A DNA stretch of 55,601 bases from Prevotellaceae bacterium (lineage in GTDB: Bacteria; Bacteroidota; Bacteroidia; Bacteroidales; UBA932): contig JAISNL010000046.1 in NCBI GenBank assembly GCA_031276235.1, forward strand, positions 1 through 55,601. The letters run 5' to 3'. The stretch's first letter is position 1; every line of letters starts with the position of its first letter. Positions 25,983-35,520 of the stretch are shown here, piece by piece. The position numbers and the translations under genes are program-made. The notes under the pieces are model-generated. The model saw only the letters and a list, made by a program, of their open reading frames with translations, was not told the origin of the DNA and ran no database searches.

Positions 25983-28439
25983 TTACATTTTAATAACGGT
26001 TATTCCCGCTCCGCCAAAATCAGGATGCTCATCTCCTATATATTTAATATCGGCAACGTTTTTCAAAATATTGCGAATTTGAGTCCGTAAAATTCCGTTT
26101 CCTTTGCCGTGCAAAATTTTTAATTCCGAGCAGCCTACCATCATTGCTTCGTCAATAAAATTTTCTATTACGGGAATGGCTTCTTCCGTTCTCATTCCGC
26201 GCACATCTATGCTGGGTTTAAAATTAAGCTGTATTGACGACAGGTTAAATCCTGCTTGCGGCGATACTGCGCAATTGTTGCGGCGGCTTTGTCTGTACTC
26301 GCTTTCGCTCACTGTTTCTACATCTGCGGCTTTGATGCTTGTGATGATGTTTCCGTAGCTTATCAATACATTTTTGTCGCTTATTTTAATAATTTCGCCT
26401 ATTGCGCTTTGTCCTTTGATGCGTACTTTTGAGCCTGTTTTTATTTCGGTTTCATTTTCGATATTCTGTTTGTCTGAATGGTTGTGTTTTTCTCGTTTTT
26501 TTTGCAATGTTTCTATTTTTTTATCTATGCTGTCCGATACCGACTGCTGATTTTCGGTCAATGTATTTTGCTTAAAGTCGTTCAACTGTTTGCGTGCGGC
26601 GGATGTTTTTTCTTTTTCTGCTTGATTTTCCTTAATGATTCGTATTGTGTTTTCAATTTGTTTGTTTGCATTTGCCAGCAGCGTTGCGGCTTCTTCCTTG
26701 GCTTTTGCGATGATTGCTTTTCGTTCTTCATTAAGTTTTTTTAATTCTTTTTCATATTTTTCGGTTATTTCCTGCAAATATTTATCGGTTTGTTTGATTT
26801 TACTGCGTTTTGCTTCCCAATATCGGCGGTTGCGGGCAATTTCGCGTAAACTTTTTTCTATATTTATATGACTGTCTCCTGTTTTTTCTGCTGCCAGCGA
26901 TAATATCTCTTCGGGAAGTCCTGTTTTTCGAGCAATTTCAAATGCAAATGAAGAGCCGGGGATTCCTGTTTCAAGTTTAAACAAAGGTTGAATTTTTTGA
27001 GTGTCGAAAAGCATAGCGCCGTTTACAATTCCTTTATTATTCGCCGCAAAATGTTTGAGGTTTGTATAATGGGTAGTGATTATTCCGAACACGCGGCGTT
27101 GAGCAAGTCGGGTGAGCGCGGCTTCGGCAATTGCGCCGCCAATGGCAGGTTCTGTCCCCGAACCAAATTCATCAATTAGCACAAGACTTTTTTCTGTTGC
27201 ATTTTTCAACATTGTTTTCATATTCAAAAGATGAGAACTGTATGTGCTTAAATCGTTTTCAATAGACTGTTCATCTCCTATATCGATAAAAATATCGTTG
27301 AAAATTCCAAATTCCGAATTTTCGGATGCAGGTACAGGAAAACCGCATTGCAACATATATTGCAGCAAACCTGCGGTTTTCAGACAAACCGACTTGCCTC
27401 CGGCATTTGGTCCTGAAATCAGTAAAATATGACGTTCTTCATCTATTTTGAGATTCAGAGGAACAACCTGTTTGTTTTCTTTTTTCAGCGCCTGCATCAG
27501 CAAAGGATGTTTTGCCTCTTGCAGATTCATCATCGGCTTATTTGAAATTATGGGCATCACCGCTTCTGTGGCAAGGCTGAATTTGGCTTTAGCATTGATA
27601 AAATCAAATTCTCCGATAAAATCTCCCATATTCAAAAGCTCGGCAATATACGGACGAATAAAATCGGCTGTTGCAATAAGAATTTTTATTATTTCGCGCT
27701 GTTCTTCGTATTCAAGAGTTTTTATTTCATTGTTGAGTTCCACTATTTCAATCGGCTCGATGTAAGCGGTTTTGCCCGTTGCTGATTCATCGTGTACGAA
27801 GCCCTTTATTTTCTTTTTATTTGCGGTATTTACAGGAATTACCATCCGTCCGTCTCGCACCGAAACGCTTGCGCTGTCATCCACGATGCCTTCATTTTGC
27901 GCCGATTTGAGAATGGTATATATTTTTTTGCTTATTTGTTGCTGACAGGCAGCAACAGTTTTACGAATGTGCAGCAATTCAGGCGAAGCGTTATCTTTTA
28001 TTTCTCCGAATCTGTTTACTGTATCTTCAATTTTTGACAAAACGGCGGGAAAAATCGTAAACTGTTTTGTCATTTTTTTCAATTCAGGATATTTCCGCTC
28101 ATCGCAGTTTTTGAACCACTCTGAAATATCTTTTGCACTGCGTATGGCTTTAGCCAGATCAAACAATTCGGCGGCAAGCATATAAGTTCCGCCAACGGTA
28201 ATTTTTTTCAGAAAATCGACAATATCAACATACGCACATTCAGGGAAACTGTTTTCAAATTTCAATATATGCAGCATTTCGCCGGTCCGCTGCAACTGAG
28301 TGCATATAAAATCACTGTTGGACGAAAATTTCACATCTTGCAGTTTTTGTTTTGCAAGTTTGGTAATGCAGTTGGATTCAATCATTTTACGAATTTTATC
28401 AAATCCTGTTTTTATTTCGTATGTATCGGGATAAATCAT
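25983..28439 (-). CDS. mutS2: endonuclease MutS2
   Basis: 818 aa. Walker A 'ISGPNAGGKS', 'LIDEFGSGTEP', a long coiled-coil linker, and a C-terminal Smr domain ('DVRGMRTEEA..LKILHGKGNGILR'). Confidence 0.92.
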   Translation of the reverse strand: MIYPDTYEIKTGFDKIRKMIESNCITKLAKQKLQDVKFSSNSDFICTQLQRTGEMLHILKFENSFPECAYVDIVDFLKKITVGGTYMLAAELFDLAKAIRSAKDISEWFKNCDERKYPELKKMTKQFTIFPAVLSKIEDTVNRFGEIKDNASPELLHIRKTVAACQQQISKKIYTILKSAQNEGIVDDSASVSVRDGRMVIPVNTANKKKIKGFVHDESATGKTAYIEPIEIVELNNEIKTLEYEEQREIIKILIATADFIRPYIAELLNMGDFIGEFDFINAKAKFSLATEAVMPIISNKPMMNLQEAKHPLLMQALKKENKQVVPLNLKIDEERHILLISGPNAGGKSVCLKTAGLLQYMLQCGFPVPASENSEFGIFNDIFIDIGDEQSIENDLSTYSSHLLNMKTMLKNATEKSLVLIDEFGSGTEPAIGGAIAEAALTRLAQRRVFGIITTHYTNLKHFAANNKGIVNGAMLFDTQKIQPLFKLETGIPGSSFAFEIARKTGLPEEILSLAAEKTGDSHINIEKSLREIARNRRYWEAKRSKIKQTDKYLQEITEKYEKELKKLNEERKAIIAKAKEEAATLLANANKQIENTIRIIKENQAEKEKTSAARKQLNDFKQNTLTENQQSVSDSIDKKIETLQKKREKHNHSDKQNIENETEIKTGSKVRIKGQSAIGEIIKISDKNVLISYGNIITSIKAADVETVSESEYRQSRRNNCAVSPQAGFNLSSIQLNFKPSIDVRGMRTEEAIPVIENFIDEAMMVGCSELKILHGKGNGILRTQIRNILKNVADIKYIGDEHPDFGGAGITVIKM

Positions 28440-28510
28440 TTTGCTTATAAAATTTTGCGAAATTAAACAAACAATTTTGAAAACTCATAAATTTCCGAAA
28501 TTAAATAACT

Positions 28511-28788
28511 CAGTTGACAGTTGAAAATGCAGGGGCGAAAAATTTTTCGTCCGAAAATAATAAAACGTCCATGCTAACCCGCAGGGTGAAGCCAACAGTA
28601 AAAACGAAGAGTTGAAAAAATAACTGTCAACTGTCAAGTTTTAACATTTTAGCCTCAAGTTTTAGACTTTTTGTTTCGAGTTCGAGGCTTTTAGCGTCGA
28701 ACTCGAGTCTTATAGCATTGCGTCGCCGCCTGATGCCATGGCGCTGTCGTCAATCATTTCGTACACCTGCAATAAACTGTCAACTGTT
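28511..28788. repeat. composite MITE/REP-like intergenic element, copy 2 (paralog of 3265-3650, lacking the nested insertion)
   Basis: Collinear with copy 1: 'cagttgacagttgaaaatgcaggggcgaaaaatttttcgtcc', 'aactgtcaactgtcaag', and 21-bp 'ttttagc' sub-repeats x4 (copy 1 has 3). The empty site is 'gtacacc|tgcaataaactgtcaactgtta'. Confidence 0.85.
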
Positions 28789-28828
28789 AGCAAAGGCATT
28801 GCCGTATTTGCACTTGTTTTTTATGGGA

Positions 28829-28858
28829 TTTGCAAAAAAGATTTTTTTTCTACCTTTG
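28829..28858 (+). promoter_or_regulatory. Bacteroidota promoter (TTTG-N18-TACCTTTG)
   Basis: -33 TTTG at 28829-28832 and -7 TACCTTTG at 28851-28858, 47 nt upstream of the ATG at 28905. Confidence 0.55.
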
Positions 28859-28904
28859 AAATAAAAAATTAATAAAAAACAATCAAATATCAATTAATAT
28901 ACAC

Positions 28905-30287
28905 ATGAAAACCAAAAGAATAGTTGCTCTTGATGCATTTCGCGGGTTCACCGTAGCATTAATGATTTTAGTAAACAATCCCGGAAGTTGGAGTTATATT
29001 TATTCTCCGTTGCGCCACGCTGAATGGCAAGGTTGTACGCCTACAGATCTTGTATTCCCGTTTTTTCTGTTTGTTGTAGGCGTTGCATCATTTTTTTCAT
29101 TCAAAAAATTTGATTTTAATCTAAATAAAACAACTTTTTTAAAACTTTTTCGCCGTTCGTTATTGATATTTTTGATCGGCTTTTTATTAAATCTTTATCC
29201 GTTTTTTGATTTAAGCAAACCGTTTTCGCTTCAAAATATCTGGAATAAACTTGAAACGGTAAGGATTTTTGGCGTGTTGCAGCGTATTGCATGCGCTTAT
29301 TTTATTGGAATTATTCTTTGTCTTTTGCTTAAATCAACAAAAAAAATTGCATTTGCAGGCGGAGGATTAATGATTTTATTTTGTGGAATTTTAGTTGCAT
29401 ACAATCCGCAAAATCCTTACGACAAAAAAGAAAATGCGTGCCGTGCCGTCGATTTGATTATTGCCGGCGAAAATCATATCTATAAGGGATACAGCCGCAC
29501 TCTCGAACTCAATAATTTTGATTTTAACATTCTGGATGATACACATTTTTCTGTGCAACCTGCCGACAATGAAAATATTGATTTGAAATATGTATCGTTT
29601 CGTTCATCAGGCAATTATGAATTAGAAAAAAAAATGAAAGATAATGCCATAATATATACGATTGTTATGCCCGAAAATGCAAGTACCGCCAATATATCCG
29701 AAAATGCAATTTCACAATTTACTCAGGCAGTAGAGCGAATACCGTTTGATCCGGAAGGTTTATTGGGAGCAATGTCGGCGGCGGCAACCGTTATTTTTGG
29801 ATTTTTGATAGGCAGATTGATTAATTTTTATTTGGAAAATAAAGAAAAAATGGTAACGCATTTACTGCTTTTCGGGTTGTCGGCAGTTTTTGCGGGAATG
29901 TTTTGGGGGCAATGGTTCATAATATGCAAACCTTTGTGGACAGGTTCGTATGTGATGTATGCAGGCGGTTTGGCAATGATTGTGCTTGCATTTTTCATTT
30001 GGTTTATGGATGTAAAGCAATACAGCCCAAAATATTTTCGACCTTTTATTGCTTTCGGTTCAAATCCTATGTTTTTGTTTGTAATGTCGGGCGTGATAGT
30101 CAAAACCATGAATTTTTCTTATTTCAACATCGGCGGCATGTCGCTGCAAAACTGGATTTATGCAAATATTTACAAAGGCATTATTGACCCTGTATTCGGT
30201 TCGTTGCTGTATGCAATCACATTTGTAGCCGTAATGTGGATACTTGCCGAAGTTTTATATCAAAAGAAAATTTACATAAAGGTATAA
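28905..30287 (+). CDS. heparan-alpha-glucosaminide N-acetyltransferase-like (DUF1624/DUF5009) membrane acyltransferase
   Basis: 460 aa. 'RIVALDAFRGFTVALMILVNNPGSW', 'HAEWQGCTPTDLVFPFFLF', 'RIFGVLQRIA' and 'PFDPEGLL' are family motifs. An extra ~80-aa polar loop lies between 'HIYKGY' and 'IPFDPEG'. Confidence 0.75.
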   Translation: MKTKRIVALDAFRGFTVALMILVNNPGSWSYIYSPLRHAEWQGCTPTDLVFPFFLFVVGVASFFSFKKFDFNLNKTTFLKLFRRSLLIFLIGFLLNLYPFFDLSKPFSLQNIWNKLETVRIFGVLQRIACAYFIGIILCLLLKSTKKIAFAGGGLMILFCGILVAYNPQNPYDKKENACRAVDLIIAGENHIYKGYSRTLELNNFDFNILDDTHFSVQPADNENIDLKYVSFRSSGNYELEKKMKDNAIIYTIVMPENASTANISENAISQFTQAVERIPFDPEGLLGAMSAAATVIFGFLIGRLINFYLENKEKMVTHLLLFGLSAVFAGMFWGQWFIICKPLWTGSYVMYAGGLAMIVLAFFIWFMDVKQYSPKYFRPFIAFGSNPMFLFVMSGVIVKTMNFSYFNIGGMSLQNWIYANIYKGIIDPVFGSLLYAITFVAVMWILAEVLYQKKIYIKV

Positions 30288-30515
30288 GTATTGCACAGGG
30301 CTAACGCATTAAAAATAAAAACAGGATATTATTATACTTAGCGCAGGCTAAAATTGAGAGATGAAAACAGAAAAAAAGTAAACATCTTTGAGGATTCCAA
30401 TCGCATAATAAAGATGCTTACAAAATTGAAGATTTCCAAAGAAGAAATCCGTTGGATAAAAATTCACATAGAATTTAAAAAGAATCTATCTACTTCGCTT
30501 ATGCTATCACGATTA

Positions 30516-31988
30516 TCAATATGACCGTGCAAATATAACACGTTGTTTTGAATATTTTCCAGTAACCATGCATTTGCCTTCTTCTACATTATTATCCAAT
30601 GGAATACATCGGATTGTAGCTTTGGTTTCTTCTTTAATTTTTGCTTCCGTTTCTGGAGTTCCATCCCAGTGGGCAAGAAAAAATCCGCCGTTTTCTATTT
30701 TATCCTTAAATTCTTCATAACTGTCAACTTCAAACGTATTTTGTTCACGAAAAATCAATGCCTTTTCCAATATGTTTTTTTGAATTTCATACAACAGATT
30801 ATTCACATATTCGGCTATGCCATTAACAGGAAGCGTGCATTTTTCAAGAGTATCGCGTCGTGCAATTTCTACTGTATTGTTTGCATAGTCGCGAGGTCCT
30901 ATTGCCAAACGCACGGGAATACCTTTCAACTCATGTTCGGCAAATTTGAAGCCTGATCGAACATTATCTCTGTCATCTATTTTTACGATAATATTTTTTG
31001 CTTCGAGCATCTTTTTTATCTGCATGCAGCGTTCGCTCATTTGGAGCAGTTCTTCCTCTCCTTTGTAAATAGGAACAATCACAACATGAATAGGAGCAAG
31101 TTTAGGTGGAAGCACAAGCCCGTTATTGTCGGAATGAGCCATAATCAGCGCTCCCATCAATCGGGTAGAAACTCCCCATGATGTAGCCCAAACATATTCA
31201 AGATGTCCATCTTTATGAGCATATTTTACATCAAAGGCTTTTGCAAAATTTTGTCCCAGAAAATGCGATGTTCCTGCTTGCAGCGCCTTTCCATCCTGCA
31301 TCATTGCTTCTATGCAGTATGTGTCAAGCGCGCCGGCAAAACGCTCGCTTTCGGTTTTTCTACCTGTGATAACAGGTATTCCCATATAATTTTGAGCAAA
31401 ATCAGCATAAACATTTATCATTTTTTCGGCTTCTGCAATAGCTTCATGCTTTGTAGCATGTGCCGTATGACCTTCCTGCCAAAGAAATTCGGCTGTTCGC
31501 AAAAACAAACGCGTACGCATTTCCCAGCGTACAACATTCGCCCATTGATTGCATAAAACAGGCAAATCTCGGTACGACTGTATCCAGTTTTTGTATGTAT
31601 TCCAAATAATAGTTTCGGATGTAGGACGAACAATAAGTTCTTCTTCGAGTTTTGCATCAGGGTCAACCACAATGCCAGTTCCATCTTCGCTGTTTTTGAG
31701 ACGATAATGCGTTACTACTGCACATTCTTTCGCAAAACCTGCAACATGACTCGCCTCTTTGCTGAAAAACGATTTCGGAATAAACAGCGGAAAATAAGCA
31801 TTTACATGCCCCGTGTCTTTAAACATTTTATCAAGAGTTGCCTGCATTTTTTCCCATATAGCATAACCATAAGGTTTTATTACCATGCAGCCGCGTACTG
31901 CCGAATTTTCGGCTAAATCGGCTTTCACAACCAAATTGTTGTACCATTGAGAATAATTTTCTTCTTTATTTGTAACTTCTTTTGCCAT
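30516..31988 (-). CDS. proS: proline--tRNA ligase (archaeal/eukaryote-like type)
   Basis: 490 aa. '[34 protein letters not shown]', '[15 protein letters not shown]' and the C-terminal '...RVIFARSY' are typical of type-3 ProRS as found in Bacteroidota. Confidence 0.93.
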   Translation of the reverse strand: MAKEVTNKEENYSQWYNNLVVKADLAENSAVRGCMVIKPYGYAIWEKMQATLDKMFKDTGHVNAYFPLFIPKSFFSKEASHVAGFAKECAVVTHYRLKNSEDGTGIVVDPDAKLEEELIVRPTSETIIWNTYKNWIQSYRDLPVLCNQWANVVRWEMRTRLFLRTAEFLWQEGHTAHATKHEAIAEAEKMINVYADFAQNYMGIPVITGRKTESERFAGALDTYCIEAMMQDGKALQAGTSHFLGQNFAKAFDVKYAHKDGHLEYVWATSWGVSTRLMGALIMAHSDNNGLVLPPKLAPIHVVIVPIYKGEEELLQMSERCMQIKKMLEAKNIIVKIDDRDNVRSGFKFAEHELKGIPVRLAIGPRDYANNTVEIARRDTLEKCTLPVNGIAEYVNNLLYEIQKNILEKALIFREQNTFEVDSYEEFKDKIENGGFFLAHWDGTPETEAKIKEETKATIRCIPLDNNVEEGKCMVTGKYSKQRVIFARSY

Positions 31989-32169
31989 TATATTTTATAA
32001 AATATTAATATTTATTAATTTACCATAATTGTATTATTACGAAAGTTGATTTCCATTAATATCAAAACGAACAGTACAATTTATGGCATAATATTTGCAT
32101 TACTACATGCAGAATGCAAAATGATTTGCAAAGAAACAAAAAAAATAATAATTAAGCACCAATAATGTT

Positions 32170-33639
32170 ATGAAAAGTAAAATTAAACTGTGGACTTTAA
32201 CAATGGCAATAACCATTACATTAGCTGCTTGCGCTACATCAGGAAGATATTCAACGGTAAACGACGATATCTACTATAGTCCTGCAAAAGTTGAAATAGC
32301 AAGCGTCAATACGGTGAAAAATACAGAAGCAACTGTTGAAGATGCTGAAATCAACCGGTTGAAAAGTGAAACTCAGGCTGCAATAATACAAAATGCCCAA
32401 AAATTGACGGCAAATGACAGTACTATAGTTATTGTTGAAAATGACAAATCATATAAAAGCATTGTGTCTGATTCCTACGAAGATTCATACGAACGCAGAT
32501 TGAGAGGCTACAACAGCCCTTCGTACGGAATGGAAAGCGTTATCCGTATTACTACGGGCAGCGATTGGATGCAAGTCTCATCTTATGATCCCGCTTTCTA
32601 CAATATAATTGTAATGGGTGATGAAATTTGGGTTGAACCCAAATACATAACGACTATGTTTTCTCCCGTGCGCACTACAATCAATTTAGGCTGGGGTGCA
32701 GGATATTACGGCGGATATTGGGATATGTGGTACAGACCAAGATTCGGCTATGCGTGGGGAGGCTGGTATAATTCATGGTATTCGTGGCATAACCCATGGT
32801 CGTGGTATTATCCGTACTACGGTTCATATTGGGGATGGAGTTATGGATGGAACGGATACTGGAATCACGGACATCACTACCATGGTCATCACCATCACGG
32901 ACATTATAACGACCATTCCGGATACGGAAGAAGTTCCAACTACGGCAGACGTACAGGCGGGTCTATGGGACAAAACAGAGTAACTTCGGCAGCAGCGCCA
33001 CGACCTTCGCAGGAAGTTACAGGCAGAACACGCCGAGAAACACGAAATATGGAACTTGTATCAAATAGAACGTCTTCGCATGAATCTGCATCTGTTAATG
33101 CAAGCAACAGAAGAGGCGCAATAAACAATTCTACAGGCAATTCTTCAGCAAACCGAACTAATATAACAGGAGAAACAATAAGGACTCAACAGAATACAAC
33201 AGGCAGAACGCAAGCAGGTCAGCGAACCAGAAGAGAAACACAGGTATATACTCGTCCCGCTACGGCAAGCAAACAAGGTTACAACGAATCATCTACTACA
33301 GGTAGCGGCGTTACGCGCAGAAGTTCTGCAACCACAGGAACAACAGGTGTTACGCGTACAGGCAGTTCGAGTTCAAATTCGAACAGAAGCAGCGGAACAT
33401 CATCGCGTTCTGTATCAACTTCGCGCTACAGCGGAAGCAGCGGCAATAATAGCAGTTCAAGCAATTCAAACAACAGTTCATCGTCGGTTTCGCGCCGAAG
33501 CAGTTCTTCGAGTAGCAGCAGTTATACGCCATCAAGCAGTTCTTCACGTTCGTCTGGCAGCAGCATGTCAAGCGGAAGCAGCAGATCCAGTAGCAGTGGA
33601 GGAAGTTCATCATCGAGCGGCGGAAGCAGAAGACGCTAA
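32170..33639 (+). CDS. low-complexity lipoprotein (W/Y/G-rich block, His cluster, Ser/Arg/Thr/Asn-rich tail)
   Basis: 489 aa. Lipobox 'TLAAC' and 'DDIYYSP'. 'GGYWDMWYRPRFGYAWGGWYNSWYSWHNPWSWYYPYYGSYWGWSYGWNGYWNHGHHYHGHHHHGHYNDH' is followed by ~235 aa of S/T/R/N/G-rich sequence ending in poly-Ser and 'RRR'. Confidence 0.7.
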   Translation: MKSKIKLWTLTMAITITLAACATSGRYSTVNDDIYYSPAKVEIASVNTVKNTEATVEDAEINRLKSETQAAIIQNAQKLTANDSTIVIVENDKSYKSIVSDSYEDSYERRLRGYNSPSYGMESVIRITTGSDWMQVSSYDPAFYNIIVMGDEIWVEPKYITTMFSPVRTTINLGWGAGYYGGYWDMWYRPRFGYAWGGWYNSWYSWHNPWSWYYPYYGSYWGWSYGWNGYWNHGHHYHGHHHHGHYNDHSGYGRSSNYGRRTGGSMGQNRVTSAAAPRPSQEVTGRTRRETRNMELVSNRTSSHESASVNASNRRGAINNSTGNSSANRTNITGETIRTQQNTTGRTQAGQRTRRETQVYTRPATASKQGYNESSTTGSGVTRRSSATTGTTGVTRTGSSSSNSNRSSGTSSRSVSTSRYSGSSGNNSSSSNSNNSSSSVSRRSSSSSSSSYTPSSSSSRSSGSSMSSGSSRSSSSGGSSSSSGGSRRR

Positions 33640-33668
33640 AATATTATAAAATCTAAATAACAGTAAAA

Positions 33669-35186
33669 ATGAAAGTAAATATGAAACGAATTTTATACAC
33701 AGCAATAGCAGTAATTATATTGTCAACAACCGTATCGTTTGCGCAGGACAGATATGATGCCATGAGGTGGTCGCAATACTTTTACGATGGCACAGCACGA
33801 TTTGCAGCAATGGGCGGAGCATTCGGAGCGCTTGGCGGCGATTTTGCCTCGTTAAGCGTTAACCCTGCAGGAATAGGCGTATATCGCGCTGCAGAATTTT
33901 CGCTCAATCCATCATATTTATCCACAAGCACTAAATCATCATTTACAGGGCTGCCATCAATGTCGAGAAGCAAAAGCCGTGGAGATTTCAATTTCGGATA
34001 CGTGCAGCCTTTTATTTTGAGTAACGACAAGGATGATCTTATTTCCATAAATTTAGGACTTGGATACAATACAATGACCGACTATCATTATGATGCGTTT
34101 GCATATAATAAATCAGGCAGTTCGTGGCTCGATGCCCTTACTGACAAAATGGAAAATAACTGGGAATATTTTGACCCCGTAAAAATGGAAGGATATAATC
34201 GTTACGATAATTTTGGCGCTGGTGACTGGGATGCCGTACTGGCATGGAACAGCGCTTTGGTTAGCGAAGACAGTATCGGTTTTTATAATGCCCTGCATAA
34301 CGGAGATATTATAGAACAGCGAAGGTTAGTAGAAAGCAGAGGACGCAATTCGGAATTTGTTTTCAGCCTTGGCGGGAATTATGCAAATACCCTGTTTTTT
34401 GGTATGACTATCGGAATTCAGGATATTGAGTATAAAAAATATTTAACTTACGTTGAAGATGTTGTTCAAACAACAGAAGGCACAGACCTTAAATGGTTTG
34501 ATTATCGACAATTTTTTGAAACGGAAGGTTCAGGAATAAATATTAGACTCGGTTTGCTTTACAGAGTGAACGACAATTGGAGACTTGGACTGGCTGTACA
34601 TACGCCTACGTGGATGAATCTTACTGATTATTATAGCGCATCTATACAAAGTGAATTTCAAAGCGATGATCAATATTATATGCCAGATAAAACTCCATGG
34701 TATGAATATAAATATAAAGTATCTACTCCTGCGAGGTATAATTTAAGCGCGGCATACCTGTTTTCTAATATCGGCGCAGTAAGCGTGGATTACGAATATG
34801 TAGATTATTCGACAATAAAAATGAGAGAAAGCGAGGAATCAATATATGGAAATACGTTTGATAAAGAAAATGATATTATAAAAGATGAATTTGCAGGCGC
34901 ATCCAATATACGCATAGGCGTAGAAGTAAAGCCTGTTAATAATTTTGCAATACGCGCAGGATACGCCTTTTATGGAAGTCCATATAAAGAATCGGTAGGC
35001 GGCAGCCCTTCTACACAAATATATTCATTTGGTTTAGGATACAGAATTGACAACTTTTTTGTTGATGCAGCATACAAATACTTAACATCCAAATCGGGTT
35101 TGTATGACATATATAATGGTTCGAACACAATAAGCGAGCAATATGTTACGAATCAAATAGCATTAACTTTTGGTTTTAGATTTTAA
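33669..35186 (+). CDS. FadL/PorV-superfamily outer-membrane beta-barrel protein
   Basis: 505 aa (an alternative ATG is at 33681). It has a signal peptide. 'ARFAAMGGAFGALGGDFASLSVNPAGIG' resembles the FadL/PorV N-terminal motif. The pattern of alternating aromatic residues and the C-terminal 'IALTFGFRF' are an OMP signature. Confidence 0.7.
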   Translation: MKVNMKRILYTAIAVIILSTTVSFAQDRYDAMRWSQYFYDGTARFAAMGGAFGALGGDFASLSVNPAGIGVYRAAEFSLNPSYLSTSTKSSFTGLPSMSRSKSRGDFNFGYVQPFILSNDKDDLISINLGLGYNTMTDYHYDAFAYNKSGSSWLDALTDKMENNWEYFDPVKMEGYNRYDNFGAGDWDAVLAWNSALVSEDSIGFYNALHNGDIIEQRRLVESRGRNSEFVFSLGGNYANTLFFGMTIGIQDIEYKKYLTYVEDVVQTTEGTDLKWFDYRQFFETEGSGINIRLGLLYRVNDNWRLGLAVHTPTWMNLTDYYSASIQSEFQSDDQYYMPDKTPWYEYKYKVSTPARYNLSAAYLFSNIGAVSVDYEYVDYSTIKMRESEESIYGNTFDKENDIIKDEFAGASNIRIGVEVKPVNNFAIRAGYAFYGSPYKESVGGSPSTQIYSFGLGYRIDNFFVDAAYKYLTSKSGLYDIYNGSNTISEQYVTNQIALTFGFRF

Positions 35187-35221
35187 TTATAATTGTTTTT
35201 TTATTTGTTTATGTTAGTAGG

Positions 35222-35255
35222 AAGAAACTGCCCGAAAAGGCAGTTTCTTTGTTTG
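35222..35255 (+). terminator. rho-independent terminator after the OMP gene
   Basis: GAAACTGCC-cgaaaa-GGCAGTTTC followed by TTTGTTTG, 36 nt after the stop. Confidence 0.75.
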
Positions 35256-35372
35256 ATACAAATACACAGCCGTTCCTTGTGAGTAGAATCTAAAAAAATC
35301 AATATATCCGCATACGAAAAGCACAAAAAATCTGCGATGAATCAGAACAGATGGATGTTTATTATTCATAGA

Positions 35373-35404
35373 AAAAGAGAGCATTTTTATTAACGCTCTC
35401 TTTT
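35373..35404. terminator. A/T-flanked hairpin, possible terminator for the convergent xylE operon
   Basis: AAAAGAGAGC-N12-GCTCTCTTTT. The flanking A and T runs allow function in either orientation. Confidence 0.4.
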
Positions 35405-35520
35405 ATTTTATCAGTCTGGTTAGAATATTACGACTTTAAGATTCGATTTTTTTACACTTTACTGTCTTTTTCATCATAAGCCTTGCATATCTTTAAGTCA
35501 TTCAATATTTCATTCATAAA

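Noticed and set aside
30414-30522. 36-aa ORF ('MLTKLKISKEEIRWIKIHIEFKK..') in the convergent gap downstream of proS.
   Set aside because: It is short, has no recognisable features, and its end runs into the proS 3' end. It cannot be supported from sequence alone.
32696-33649. Alternative-frame ORFs (32696..32983, 32940..33140, 33347..33649, 33350..33613) inside the low-complexity lipoprotein gene.
   Set aside because: These are artefacts of codon-repeat-rich DNA. The main frame carries the lipobox and is continuous with the N-terminal ordered region.
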